64,000 nucleotides of DNA from Tubulanus polymorphus (Eukaryota > Animalia > Nemertea). Of the stretch, positions 1-13,745 are shown one piece after another. The notes below the pieces were generated by a model that was given only the letters and a program-made list of their open reading frames with translations, had not been told where the DNA came from and ran no database searches. Position 1 is the first letter of the stretch. Each line of letters starts with the position of its first letter. The stretch lies in NCBI RefSeq assembly GCF_964204645.1, contig NC_134028.1:16251653-16315652 (forward strand). Direction: 5' to 3'. The translations under genes and the position numbers were made by a program.

Positions 1-152
1 AAAAACGAAACCATTTTATAGTCTTTCATATCATTTAATTCTAAAAGATAAACCACATTCGCTTATAACAACAATGTAGACACACAACACGCATGAACAA
101 TCCTAAGCCAGAATGAAATATACATAAAGTCTATTTATTTTCGTCTGACATC

Positions 153-259
153 GATCCAGTTCCACAGTTGTGAGTTAACTCTGAGTTACTTAGAATCAAT
201 TCATTTCCAATGTTTTAAATCCAGAGACCAGAATCAAATCTTAACTCGGAACTGAGTCC
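153..259. mobile_element. Small MITE-like element
   Basis: Ends GATCCAGTTCC...GGAACTGAGTC form an imperfect inverted repeat; a second copy lies at 23903-24000. Confidence 0.55.
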
Positions 260-469
260 TGGAGAATGACCCATGGTGTCATCACAAATCCTACGTTTAC
301 GTACCATTGATTTGTATTCCTTCAGTAAATGCAGCGATACTCTGTATCACTGAATTCGCAAAGCACGTATTGCCTAGGTTCTACATTATTTGGAACAGTA
401 TCGTTAAGTTGTTGACTGGCGATATAATAAATTATCAAATACTAATTCCCGGTGTTGAAAACCTGGGTC

Positions 470-590
470 CGATGCCCTGTCCGACAGTGGGTATCCCCGT
501 GGGAAAACCCGTTTACTATTTATAGTTAAAATGAAGAAATTCCGCGTTTTTGGAAAATTCCGCGATTCCGTCTTTCCGCGATATGACAAC
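470..590 (+). repeat. Dispersed repeat / transposon terminus truncating the BEL fragment
   Basis: GAAATTCCGCGTTTTTGGAAAATTCCGCG...CGATATGACAAC recurs inverted at ~23218-23300; TGTCCGACA(G/C)TGGGTATCCCCGTGG recurs at ~25215. Confidence 0.5.
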
Positions 591-2180
591 ACCGGGCCTA
601 CGGCTATGTGCGCATTTTCCAATAGGAGCAACGATATGCGAGAGGTTTTCGATAATACAATTTGGTGTTTCTGGTCGAAAGGCACTATTGCGCGTTCAAG
701 ACGACCACCGAACCGAATCATATCATCGTTCAGGTATACGTCGAGACCTTGCAGCTGGCTAGCTCGTTTTACCCGTGCATCGGTTTTCAGCTGCTCGTGC
801 TCGGAGCTGAAGGTATTCCGTTGCGAATGCTTTACTAGGAGCAGCTCTGCCTCCTCTATGACAGATCGATTTAGGAACGCGGTTGTCGCTCCGGCGGGTT
901 TCGTCAGGCCAAGTTTTCTTTCCTCGGCCGATTTACGGAGTCTTTTCGCAAACAGTAGGAGCCACGCCACACCACGCTTCATACGCCACCAATCGGAGTA
1001 ATGTTCAATGAGCTTATCAATAGGCTGCGTAATACGAACGACCGAAGTAGCAGCGACGGGTGTTTTTAATTCGCTACTGTCGACTAGACTTCGATCCACG
1101 ACGTCGAGCGGCCAATCCGATTGGTCTTTGATAAGGAATTCTGGTCCGTTAAACCAGATCTCATCCTTCACTGGGGACTTGCTTGGTTGCAAACCTCTTG
1201 AGACGATGTCTGCTGGGTTGTGTTTTGTGTCGATATATCGCCACTGAGAAACTTGACTGCCGTCTCTTATGACGTTTACTCGGTTGGCCACGAATGTTTG
1301 GTATCTCGCCGTATCATTTGCGATATATCTTAGGACACTCTTGCTGTCAGTCCAGTAGAAGACTTCGTCGAACTCGATATCTAGTTCTCTTGCTACCATG
1401 CTGTGCAGGCGAACTGCAACGGTCGCAGCGGTGAGCTCCATGCTTGGTATGGTTATCTTCTTTAGAGGCGCAACCCTAGATTTCGAGATTACCAAGCTAC
1501 ACGTGACGTTGCCGGACGGGTCAGCCACTCGCGAATAACAAACAACGCCATACGCCGTTTCACTTGCGTCGGTGAAGTAGTGGAGTTGGAACTTTAGCGC
1601 ATCTGATCGTTGAGGGGCGAGGCATCGTGGAATCGAGACTAGTTCAAGGGCGGTAATTCCGTCGGCCCAGGCTTCGAATCGCCTTTGTTTGTCTCGGGTG
1701 ATGGCTTCGTCCCATCCGATGCTGTCTCCGCACAATTCTTGCAGCAGGATCTTGGCTGGCAGAATATACGGCGACACTAGCCCTAAGGGGTCGTAAACCG
1801 AACTAACGACTGACAAAATACCCCGACGAGTGGCAGGGTTGTTTCGATCCAAGCTAATGTTAAAGGTTAGGCTGTCGTTTTCGACGTCCCAGGAGACGCC
1901 TAGGGCGCGCTCTGTTGGCAGTCGATTATTGTCCAAGTCTAAATCGACGCTTGGTGACCATTCTTCGTTTTCATGACGGCGCGACTATTACTTATTATTT
2001 TGTGAAGGTGGAAACCGCCTTCCTGACATATGTATATAATGTCTCCCAGGATGCGGATGGCTTTTTCTTCGGAATTGAGAGACTTCAGGCAGTCATCTAC
2101 GTAGAACGAACGCTTAATTCCTTCTACAGCTTCGGGTCTTCTTACGACGTCTCCATTCTCGGCAGTACGACGTTAGGCTA
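590..2180 (-). mobile_element. BEL/Pao LTR retrotransposon pol fragment (RT C-terminus, RNase H/Pao domain)
   Basis: FYVDDCLKS at ~2075-2110 (frameshifted from ORF 404..1936); RALGVSW, SVYDPLG, LHYFTDASETAYG, KSRVAPLK, TFVANRV, NPADIVSRG are typical Pao motifs. Truncated before the integrase. Confidence 0.93.
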
Positions 2181-2329
2181 GATTAGCGCATCAGGGGCGG
2201 ATACGGGGGGGGGGGGGTGCACCTTCAACCTTTGATATAGAACAACTAATTCCTATATACTCTTAAAAATATTCATATATATATATATGAATAACATATA
2301 AAATGAATAACTTCTAAATCAATTTAGTA

Positions 2330-2672
2330 ACAAATATTTATATTTATATGTGTTAAATTCTTATTTTTAAACATAAAAGTAACGAGTAATTTACGAGTGA
2401 AATAATTCATATTTAAAACAGTGAATATTTATATTTATATGTGTTAGATTCTTATTTTTAAACATAAAAAGTGTGAGTAAAGTGTGAGTGAAATAATTCA
2501 TATTTTAAACATATTTCAATATTTATATTTAGTAATAGGAAAAGTGGGCTTTCATACCAGAGGGCGGAGGGCGAGCCATTATAGATAGATAGATAGATAT
2601 ATTTTAAACATATTTCAATATTTATATTTGTATGAGTTAGATTTTTAAACATTAAAAGTGTCAGTAAAGTGC
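2330..2672. repeat. Subterminal ~85-bp tandem units with an internal AGTAAT...GGCTTTCA module at 2531
   Basis: Repeated ATATTTATATTT...TTTTTAAACAT(A/T)AAAG...AGTAA units; 2531-2670 is homologous to copy B left TIR at 31803-31950. Confidence 0.7.
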
Positions 2673-3814
2673 TTTCAATCAGTGGTTAGAAAACCGGCAA
2701 TTCTATTTGAGCCTTATATGATATAATACATGACTCTTATTTTTTACAAAAAAACACCTGTTACATTTCATGTAAAGAACTATTAAAAAGGTCTATAAAT
2801 TCACAGCAGTCACAGTGTTACCATGACACCTAGACATAATGAGTCATAATCCGCAGACACATTAGATCATTCTGGAAGGCGCGCCCGAACTGAATAGATG
2901 ATGCATACATAACGTTTAGGATTTACCCATCGAAACGCAATTAGGAGTTTATAGTTTACAGTTCTAAATCTAAATGTAAGTACTGTTTTTGGTAGTTATT
3001 AGGGCTACTAAATATGAAACCTTTAGATATATTTAAGTGTATTTAGTATATCTTTTAGATAGCTAGAGTTACCACTAATATCTTTTAGATTAATAAAATG
3101 TCATACGCATTAAGAAGCGATAGAGAAACTCAAGATACTCTTTCTGAGGAATCGACAGCAATGGATATCAAACCAATAGAAATTGGCGTAGAACCACAAG
3201 AATCACAAAAGATCGACGAAGAAACTATATAAGAATTTCAAAAACATAAAGACTACTCCAAAAATTCCAATGATTACGTTTAACATTTGTTGATGTAGTT
3301 AAATATTTACCGGCAATTGAAAAAATGTTTGTATTTATAGATTTTATATATAGAAATTAAATGATGTATTGGATGAAACGACTGAACATACTTGTATATG
3401 TATTGTGTAAATCTGCTTGGTGAATTTTCTATGTTCGGTCGTTTCAATTTTACAGAATAAATATATGATTATGATTAGCGCATGCGCATTAAGCAAAAGC
3501 GCACCTGTATGCGCGCTTTTGCCTAATGCGAACGCGTTTGAATATTTTATTTTCGGTTGTTTCTATTTGCATAATGAATATATAATTATGCGTTTGAATA
3601 TTTTATGTTCGGTTGTTTCTATTTTACAGAATTTACAGAATGAATATATAATTATGAAAAAGCGCGCCTGTATGCGCGCTTTTGCTCAGTGGTATGATTA
3701 GTATCCGAAATGACTTATCAAGGGCAGCGAGGAATGAAAAAGGATGACGTTAGTCGAAGAAATGGAAGAGGATTCTAAAATATAAATCAATTTTATTGAA
3801 AATATGTATTATAA

Positions 3815-4555
3815 ATGGAGTCAGAACAATCACAAGCTATAAATGTAACAAATAGTGTTATTAATATTTATCAGAAGACGTGTTGTAAAATAAATAAACA
3901 ACTCTCGGAATATTATAATTATAAAACTCAGAAAGATGGTAAGCAAAGTTATTGTAAAACGTGTAGTAAACTATATAGTAAACAATATAAAGCAAATAAT
4001 CCAGAAAAATGTAAAGAAAAAGATAAACATTGGAGAGTAAATCACCCAGATTATATGACAGAATACGTGAGACAATGAAGAAAAGATAATCGAGAATATT
4101 ATAATAATTATCAAAATAAATATCAAAAAGAAAGATATCAAACAGATCTAAATTTTAAATTGAAACAATATTTAAGTTCAAGATTAACACATTTATTCAG
4201 TAAAGAAACACATTCAGAAACACTTTCTAATTTGTTGGGTTGTACAGATAAATTTCTCAAATCATGGATTATATATCAGTTCAATGATGAAATGAATATT
4301 AATAATTATGGAAATTATTTTCATATTGATCATGTGTTACCGATATCTAAATTTAACATGAAGGATGAATACAATAAAAAACTAATTTGGAATTGGAAGA
4401 ATCTAAGACCTTTAGAAAAATTAGAAAATAAAATCAAATCTAATAAACTAGATTTACAGTTATATTTAGACCAGTTAACAAAGGCAAAGAAATTTATTGA
4501 TCAATGGAATAATAATTCAAATAATGAACAATACAATAAAACGTTGAGTCTTTAA
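3815..4555 (+). pseudogene. Zn-ribbon plus HNH endonuclease-like protein (copy A)
   Basis: KDGKQSYCKTC and HIDHVLP...WNWKNLRPL...NKIKSN; in-frame stop at 4076-4078; intact homolog at 33011..33688. Confidence 0.8.
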
Positions 4556-4800
4556 TAAGCGGTTAAAGAATAATAGAATTTAAATAAAAAAATATTAAAA
4601 AAATAATAATTTCAACTAGCTACTGAATTATATTATATTTTTAATATTTTCTTTTGCAATTCTCGTTAACACTAGATTGAATAGATTTTGAATGGGTTTG
4701 AATAAAAATTCTATAACTTAACTAAGCTAGTCAATTTAGTATTAACCTAAACAGCTATTAGTATCATTTTATAATACTTATAATATTTTTCTTATATAAT

Positions 4801-5342
4801 ATTGAAAAAACATTAGATGATTTGGGCATAAGTGATAATAAGGATATTCCGACCAAAATTGAAAATAATATTAATCTTAACATTGATTATGAATACTATT
4901 TAACATGTGAGCACCATCTTGAACTATTGATTGCTGGTGGAAAATCTAAAGAGTTTATTGGCAAATAATAACTTTTCAAGAATTAGATGCTATGAAACCA
5001 GATAAAGTAATCAAACATTTCAAAATATATGAAGAAGCTAGATTAACTAGAATAAATGACTCTATAAGTGATGGAATAGTAAAATGTTACTCTAAATTAT
5101 GTAACCGGATAATACCAATAGATGATGAAAATAAATTATATAGTGATTTAAAAAATGACTACTTAGTTATGACAGAATTACAGAAATGGGTTGGATACGC
5201 TTCATTTCAATTAGGTGGAATAATGACATTAATTTCTACTGGAGTTATAACATTTTCTAACATTAAACCTATTGAATATAAAGACAAAAGTAAATCAGAT
5301 AATATTGAATCAGAACAAAAATTAACTAAAATAAATAAGTGA
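4801..5342 (+). pseudogene. Conserved Polinton hypothetical protein with C-terminal hydrophobic segment (copy A)
   Basis: Homolog of 33999..34601; start codon lost and frameshifted. Confidence 0.75.
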
Positions 5343-5705
5343 TAGCGTTAAGAAAAAACCTAGATCCGAGAAACAAATTAAATGGGCAAGAGAATTAGGT
5401 AAAAGATCTGCAGAATTGAAAAAAAGCTAAGAAAAAGAAATTAACTGATTAAGTCACAGACATTTTCTGATATTGATTCAAATAATAATCCATCTAATAG
5501 ATTCAGCACAGCTGAATCTCATAATTACTTATATATTACAATTGGGTTAATTACAGTTATTATATTCTCTGGTGTAATATATAAATATAAGTATAAATCT
5601 GATTATAACAATAATGATTCCAATGATAATAAACCTATTATACCAGAAAATAAGTCAAATCATAAAGCCATTGAAACTAAATCTGAATTATTATTAATGG
5701 ATTAA
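5335..5705 (+). pseudogene. Small basic protein with TM helix (copy A)
   Basis: KKKPRSEKQIKWARELGKRS and YLYITIGLITVIIFSGVIY; start mutated relative to 34594. Confidence 0.65.
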
Positions 5706-5711
5706 AATAAG

Positions 5712-6808
5712 ATGAAAAAAGAACAATATTTAAGAGAGTTATATTATAACCCAGAAAGTGAAGTATCATATTCTAGCGTTTCAGAATTATGGGATGAAAT
5801 TAAATCTGATAATGAAAATGGTAATATAGAATATAGTGGTTTAAAATTATGGTTACAAAATCAACCAACATATCAAATCCATAAGAAAATGGATAAAACT
5901 TATTTAACAAGAAAAGTTATGGTTTCATATATCGATCAACAATGGCAAGCTGATTTAATTGACATGAAGAACTTAGAAGAATACAACAAAGGATATTTCT
6001 GGATATTGAATGTTATAGACATATTCAGTAGATACGCATGGTCAATTCCAATCACAAATTAAACTGGTATAGAAGTAACAAATGCTTTTAAATCAATATT
6101 TAAAGAAGCTATTCCAGATAAGATACAATTTGATGAAGGTAAGGAATTTTATAACAAACATTTTAAAAAACTATTATCTGATAACATTGTAGATTATTTT
6201 TCAACACACTCAGATAAAAAAGCATCTACTATAGAAAGATTTAATAAAACATTGAAAACTAGAATGTGGAAATATTTTACTGCTAATGACAAAAAAAACA
6301 TAAATATATCGATGTGCTAGATGATTTAGTGAAAGGTTATAGTAATTCTAAACATAGTTCTATAAACATGAAACCTATACAAGCTAGAAAAGAAGATAAT
6401 TCGGAAATAGTTTGGAAGAATTTATATGGAGCGTTTGTTACACATGATTTTGGAGAACCTAAATTTAAAATTGGACAACACGTTAGAATATCTAAATATA
6501 GAAAAACATTTTATAAAGGTTATACCCCTAATTTTACTGAAGAAATATTCAAGATTAAAAAGATAATATTGACTAAACCTTTTTTATATAAATTGGAAGA
6601 TATAAAAGATGAAGAAATATTAGGTTATTTCTATGAACGAGAATTATCACTTGTACCAAATCCAGATGATATAGAATACAAAATAGAAAAAGTATTGAAA
6701 ACAAAAACTCTTAAAGGAAAAAAGTATTCTTTGGTGAAAAATAAAGGATACGATGATAAATTTAATGAATGGATTTTATCTAGTAAAATTAAAAGAATAA
6801 ATGAATAA
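5712..6808 (+). pseudogene. Retroviral-type DDE integrase with C-terminal chromodomain (copy A)
   Basis: WQADLIDM, IDIFSRYAW, QFDEGKEF, IERFN and YKIEKVL...KGYDDKFNEW; stop at ~6060 and a frameshift near 6295. Confidence 0.93.
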
Positions 6809-6965
6809 AGATTTATTTATATTTGAACCGCATAATATGTTAATAACTGGGGTAACCAACTGTGGTAAAACACATTTCATATTAGACTTGTTAGAAACTA
6901 TTTATAAGAATCATTTTGATAATATAATATTATTCTGTCCTACTTATGAAATGAATAAAACATAT
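6801..6965 (+). pseudogene. Packaging ATPase, 5' remnant (copy A)
   Basis: Walker A GVTNCGKT; remainder deleted relative to 36052..36678. Confidence 0.85.
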
Positions 6966-7306
6966 TGAATAACACATTGAATAAATACATATTAAATACC
7001 TTAAATACTTAAAACGCCTTTTTTATTTACTATTATTTATACAATTTTCAACCAATTTATTTTCTATTTTTTCAACTAATATATGAATAAGTTTGAAAAT
7101 AATAAAAGTTATTTATTATTACTGAGGTTTCAATATAAATTTTTAAAAAAATTATTATTTAAGGTATTTTAAGTATTAATGTATTAGGTATGTATTAAAT
7201 ACGTGCTAAATACATAAATACTTAAAACCCTTTTTTATTTACTATAATTTTATACAATTTTCAACCTTTATTACTTTTTGAGTGTTAGATAATTAACATT
7301 ACTTTC

Positions 7307-8155
7307 TTAATCACTTTCATACTCATTCTCCGATTCATCAGACCCTAATAATTCATTCAACCTCTCCGTATCATCATCAAAAGTTGTTTTATTGATATAC
7401 TTATTAGTGGTCCAAACTATATCTTTATTTTCTACTTGATGTTTCATAGAATCTTTATTATCAATACGCTTTCCTGTAACTATATTTTCATTGTCATCTT
7501 TCTTAGTGTTTGACTTTAATATTATATTTACAAAGTTTGATCCTAATATTTTTTTAGCAGCAGATAAATCTAATTTATCATTACTAGGTTCATTAGATAA
7601 AAATTCACCAAATGAATCTTTATAAAAATTTTTACCGTCTACTTTTTTATTTGAAACAAACTTTGTTACATAATTAAATGGGTGTTCTATAAATTCTCTT
7701 ATACCAACACGATCTATTACATTAATAATATGTGAAGCTGTATTCATATGATTATTCCAATTTGATGGATTGTTTGAAAATTCACTTTAACAATAATCAC
7801 AATAATTTCTATTTTCACTAATATTTAATATTATTTCATTATTTGATGTAGAAGGTAAAACATTATTTGATGTAGAAGGTAAAACATTATTTGATGTAGA
7901 AGGTAAAACATTATTTGATGTAGAAGGTAAAACATTATTTAATGTAGAAGGTTAAAAATTATTATCAATTTCATTACTAAAATTATCAACAACTTCTCTT
8001 TTATTATTATCGATTTCTATTAGTTTAGTTTTATAATTTTTGAAAATGGGATCAAATATCAAAGCTATATTACGAGGTATTACATAATATAAGTCATCAT
8101 TATTTTCATATGTATCGATGTATGGAATATGTTTATATACTTTACCTGCATCCAT
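7307..8155 (-). pseudogene. Hypothetical protein with 8-aa repeat linker and C2H2 zinc finger (copy A)
   Basis: ORFs 7952..8155 and 7307..7747 join through (NNVLPSTS)n and YCDYC*SEF...WNNHMNTASH; homolog at 36995-37903. Confidence 0.7.
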
Positions 8156-8187
8156 TTATTATAAAAATTTTTATTAAAATTAAAATT

Positions 8188-9435
8188 CTAATACATAACA
8201 CTACTTAATTGAGAATTTACAATATTTAATTGTGCGTCAGATATAATATAAATCTGCATTTTGAAATTTAGGCTTTCTTTGTTCTTTTTCATGAATAATT
8301 GTATTCCATCTTTAGTGTTCTGTAATTTTTTTCCAGAACCATGTAATGAATTATCCTCTGTTGTTCTAAAATCTAACCATAATGCATATTTATTACCGGT
8401 ATAATAATCAATTTGATTAATATTACAATTTTCAGATGATTTTACTTTTTCATTCATAAAATGTTTTCTAATTTCTGGCCATTGATCTATCATTCTCATT
8501 CCTTGGCAAAATATTTTATTTGCTATTCCTTCGATAGTTATTTCTACTTTTGTTTTTTCAGGATTATAATAATTATCAACATTTATTGCGCCATTAGAAT
8601 ATGTTGCAATTGTAAAAAATATTAATATACCTTTAATAGATCTTCTTGGGAAGTTAATATTCTCATTAATTATTTCATCATTTGCATTAATAGTTACAGT
8701 TTTAAATTTATCAATATAATCATATAATAATGAAAATCCTTGATTGTATTTAGTTTGAATTGTGTTAGCAATATTTTCATCAGTTACTGTATCATATTCT
8801 AAACATATATTCGATGATTTATAACCCATATCTTAAACAACGCTAGATAATACAATTTCATTTACAGGAGCAAATGTTATTTCGAATATAATATCTTCTT
8901 GAATTGCATATTTATATAAAGGTGCATTATTATTTATCAATTCAAAATCTAATGGAATTTTATATTTGCTTCCATAAATCTTGTTTATTTAATTATCTAC
9001 GTCCATAGTTACCACTGCATTATTAGCTACAGATGTTAATTTATTTTGGTTTTCTGATTGGATGCCTTGAAATATCATATTATTTCTATTTTCTTTAGTC
9101 AACCATAAATCTTTATAATGCATAAATAAATTATAATCATCTAATGAGAAAACTGTTTCTGGGCCAATCTTTATAGTTAATTTTTTAATCAAATATCTTC
9201 CAACATTATCAACAACATAATTATTATTATTACCGGTTAATTTTATATCGGCTGATAAATAAATACTATTTGGAACATAAAAAGTATTTTGTGTTAATCT
9301 AGGGTTTCTAACATATAAAGTTTCATCGGGATTAATATTAGAAGGATTATGAGTAATTATATGATGTAATCTTTCTGCTTTAATAGCATTAGATATTCTA
9401 TGATTCTTAGAAGGACTTATATAACTCCCACTCAT
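8188..9435 (-). pseudogene. Putative double jelly-roll major capsid protein (copy A)
   Basis: ~415-aa beta-rich gene (ITHNPSNI, NVGRYLIKKL, INENINFPRRSIKGILIFF, LHGSG) highly conserved across all three copies; broken by a stop and a frameshift. Capsid identity rests on recognition of similar Polinton proteins. Confidence 0.72.
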
Positions 9436-9456
9436 TTATTTAACAAAAAAAATTAA

Positions 9457-11184
9457 TTATTTATTTTTTATCATATTCACTAATCCAAAAATAATTGCAC
9501 TTACAACTGTAATTAAAAATAAAATAATATGTTCAGCAGCAAAGTTAAGAATATTCCCAGCAGATTTCAATATAAAACCAACAATTGATGCAATAATTCC
9601 GGGTAAAGCTGCAGCAGATTATTTAGATAGTTCCCATAAATATTTTGCTAATTTCTTTAAACCATCTTTAACTTTATCTTGTATAGAATTATTGTCATTC
9701 GGGGGTTTATCTGGTTTATTTGGAGTAGGTGTAGATTTTAAAGCATTTGATATAGCTAAACCAATTGTTGTGAATACCATAGTTACAGCTGTTAGAATTG
9801 AAAGAATTGTTATTCCTTCTAATTTATATAATAATTTTATTCTATCTTTCAATGATATTTCAGAATTTGGTTTTATCAACAAATCTTTAAAGATAACTTT
9901 TAATTTTTTAATATGATTAAGATCATATGATTTTAATAATATATCTCTTTCTTTTTCCTGAAATTCTTTGTTATATTTTAAATCATCTATTTCTTTTTCT
10001 AAAGCTAACTTTCTGCTTTCATAATCAGCTTCCTCTATAACTTGAAGATCTTTATTTAATTCTAATTGTTTTAATTCTTCATTTACATTAGTTATTTCTT
10101 TTTCTAACATGGTTATTTTAGAAAATCTCATCTTAATATTAGCAATTTCACCAGCTGATTCTTGCATACCTTTAATTTCTGTACGTGCTTGTTCATGAAA
10201 TGCTTCTAATTCATCATCAGTTAAATAAAGTAATCCTTTTTCTAGTAAAGATTGTATTCGATTTATTCCAGTTTCAGCACCAGATGTATCTGACATACTA
10301 TTCATCAGTTCTTCTGTATCACTTAATCTATCAATTTGTTCTTCTAATACTATTTTCAATTGACTTGAATCATTGTCAATTTGTTGAATATCTCTTCTCG
10401 ATGTTTCGGATGTTGAAGATCTTAATCTATCTAATCGATTTGCACAATCTTCATCATTTTCTGGATCATAAGCAGGATTTTGATTTGGATTTTTAAATGG
10501 TGAATATTTCTTTATATAAATATTAGGAATTGGTTCTTCTTCATTTATTCTATCGATTGCATTCCATATAATTCTGAGAAATTCTCTACCGCCTTTTAAA
10601 CCTTCAATTGTAGATCTTGCTAACATTCAGGTTCAAAAATATTTTCTTGTCCCATTCTAGATAATTTTAATTTTACATTTTCACCATTTAATTCAAAATT
10701 ATAAAACCATGAATCATTTATAAATTCTAAATTATTCGTGAAAAATGGGTCATCTTTTAAAATTTGTTCTACAACACCTTCTGTATCAATTTCATCTATT
10801 TCAACTTTTGGTAATAATTCGTTAACAATTGTATCTGTTACTCTAGTTTTCATTAAATATAAATCTTCTTTCAATTCAGGATCAGTTGTATTTACTAATC
10901 TATTCATTAAATCTTTTCTAAATGTTACGGGTTTAATTACATCCCTATTGGGAGCTGTTATATATTATTTAAATTTTTTGTGTGTTTCAATATCATCTTT
11001 AAATTCATCATAATCATATAATATAGGCCCACTAGAATCATCTTCATCTTCATTTAAATTATTATTAAATTTTGTTTCATTATCAATATTATTTACAGCA
11101 TCATTATTATCATCATCATTATTATCATCATCATTATTATTTTCCCATGTCTTCCAATGGAATATCTACTCCACCTTCTGCCAT
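9457..11184 (-). pseudogene. Acidic/coiled-coil protein with C-terminal hydrophobic and amphipathic helices (copy A)
   Basis: ORF pieces 9619..10626 and 10620..10907; GITILSILTAVTMVFTTIGLAI; homologs in B and C. Confidence 0.75.
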
Positions 11185-12649
11185 TTATATAATAAAAATT
11201 AACATTTAAAATATAATATTCCTCCGATTACAATTCCTATACAAGTAATAGCTAATTTAGTATTTTCATGGGATTTATTATCATCATTTAGTTTAATTGT
11301 ATCATGTTGGATAATATCAATTTTACCATTTTCTGTAGTATTATAATCTTTTATTTTAGAATCATTATTTAATTTAATATTCTTAGTTTTAGTTTCTGTT
11401 GATTGAATATGTTTGAATATGTTTTTTATTTTTTTCACCTTCCATTAATTTTGGAGCAGTTATAACCATTTTATTTATATCATTCAATCCAAATGAATTA
11501 TTTATTGTTGCAGTTTTAATTAGATTATTATAACCAATTATATTTCCCATCTTTAATACTAAATCATTAGAAATAATTAATAGATTAGGGCCTATACAAT
11601 AATTTAATCTAATATGTGATTTATCTAAATAATTTTGATATCTTACTATGTTTTCTGGAATCGATCTATTTTTATCATTATGAATTGAATCTTCAAATAA
11701 TACTTTGAATTGTTTCTGCGCATCAAATGAAGTGTTATCATTTACAACTATTGGTGATCTTGTTTCAACTTGCGCACCAAAAATACATATCAAATAAGTT
11801 CTATTTGATTGATTTATTCTTTGTATTCCAGCTTTAGTAAAACCTTCACTATTTTATAAAATGAAATTAATCCAACCATTATTGTTTTGTTGTTGTATAT
11901 TATTATAATATTTTGGTAATTCATTCCAATTTAGTGTTCTTATATCTGAATTTGTTATTATTTTTCCAAATTCTTTAGTATATAATATTCCTAATCCACC
12001 CATTGTACCAATTTTTGCTCTAAAATCATTATTTGAATTAATATTAAATTCATTACATATTTTATAAAACTTAGAAAAATTAATATTATTATTTAGGTCT
12101 TTAAAATATTTTGAACCTGGTAAAGGACATTCTAATTCATCTAATATTAATTTTATTTGAAAATATATATGAAATCTAAAAAGTGATAACATCAATGGTA
12201 AACTTGGTTTGTTTAAATGATCATTCCAACTAATTCCACATCCTGTTGTTGCGCAATAAACAGCAAAATTTAATTGGTTCTGCCAATACTTCATATTAGA
12301 TTTTAATAACCATTGTTTTGCCTCATTTAAATTTTTAAAATTAATTACGTAAACATTTAATATATTTTCCATTTTAACATTAAAATTATTAGTTTCAGTA
12401 ACATAAATATCTAAAATAAATATAGCTGCAAAGCAGCGATAACGGGTTTTCGTGAGATAAGCAATTTATAATAGCATAGCTATCATATACGGCTCCGCGT
12501 CCTCTGATGGCATGTGTATTAGGTGACAATTCAATTCAATTCTTTATTGATCCTAATTACATTGAAATTTCGGGATAAAATTCCCAAATTCAATAAATAC
12601 AAATTTTAAAATGAATTAATACAACATACATGACACACTTTTTCTGCAC

Positions 12650-12885
12650 AGTCTTAGAATCCTGTTCAACGGTGGATTTCAACAAAGCATTTGATAAGGC
12701 TCAAAATCAGCCATTACTAAACAGGCTATTAGGAAACAGTATCAATGATAGGTCGCCCAAATGGCTCAGCAGTTATCTCTGAACGGAAACTTGTAACCGA
12801 AATCAACGGAACGCCTCATCTTGGAATGAGACGGTCTAACTAGTTGAGTCTTCTGTTTAATGTCCTGACAAATGACATACACAGT
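12650..12885 (+). pseudogene. Degenerate LINE reverse-transcriptase fragment inside the Helentron-type element
   Basis: Translates VDFNKAFDK...LLNRLLGNSI...KWLSSYL and LLFNVLTNDI. Confidence 0.65.
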
Positions 12886-12964
12886 AATCCAAAATCTACC
12901 AGACCGAGTAAATTTCCAAAACGACCTTAACACACTGTTCGACCAAAAAACTTAATGTTCCGAC

Positions 12965-13745
12965 AAAACCACGGGGACAAAACCAAAATAATGAATTGTC
13001 GCGGGCGATAAAACCAAAATATTGAATTGTCGCGGGCGACAAAACCAAACTAATGAATTGTCGCGGGCGATAAAACCGTAATAATGAATTTTAGCGGGCG
13101 ATAAAACCAAAATAATGAATTATCGCTGGCGATAAAACCAAAATATTGAATTGTCGCAGGCGATAAAACCAAAATATTGAATTGTCGCGGGCGACAAAAC
13201 CAAAATATTGAATTGTCGCGGGCGACAAAACCAAACTAATGAATTGTCGCGGGCGATGAAATCGTAATAATGAATTTTAGCGGGCGATAATACCAAAATA
13301 ATGATTTATCGCTGGCGATAAAACCAAAATATTGAATTGTCGCAGGCGATAAAACCAAAATATTGAATTGTCGCGGGCGACAAAACCAAAAAAGAAAATT
13401 GTTGCGGGCGACAAAAACAAAATATAAAACCAAAATAATGAATTGTCGCGGGCGACAAAACCAAAAAGAAGAATTGTCGCGGGCGACAAAACCAAAATAA
13501 TGAATTGTCGCTGGCGATAAAACCAAAGTAATGAATTGTCGTGGGCGATAAAACCAAATTATTGAATTTTCGCGGGCGACAAAACCAAAATATTGAATTG
13601 TCTCGGGCGACAAAACCAAACTAATGAATTGTCGCAAGCGATAAAACCAAAATAATGAATTGTCGCGGGCGATAAAACCAAAATATTGAATTGTCGCGTG
13701 TGACAAAACCAAAATAATGAATTGTCGCGGGCGACAAAATCAAAA
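12965..13745. repeat. 31-bp tandem satellite, roughly 25 units
   Basis: Unit AAAACCAAAATA(A/T)TGAATTGTCGCGGGCGA(C/T), head-to-tail with no spacers. Confidence 0.95.

Noticed and set aside
531-1247. Plus-strand ORFs overlapping BEL pol; likewise 9692, 10185, 10738, 37116, 39292, 53813, 54435, 54998
   Set aside because: Antisense shadows of real minus-strand genes; similarity between copies follows from the sense gene.
5705-5714. ATAAG (baculovirus late promoter) before the integrase ATG
   Set aside because: Seen at only one gene in AT-rich DNA; insufficient support.
12965-13745. CRISPR-like array, and ORFs 13236..13712, 13277..13495, 13306..13557
   Set aside because: Units are head-to-tail with no unique spacers, there are no cas genes and the context is eukaryotic; the ORFs are repeat translations.
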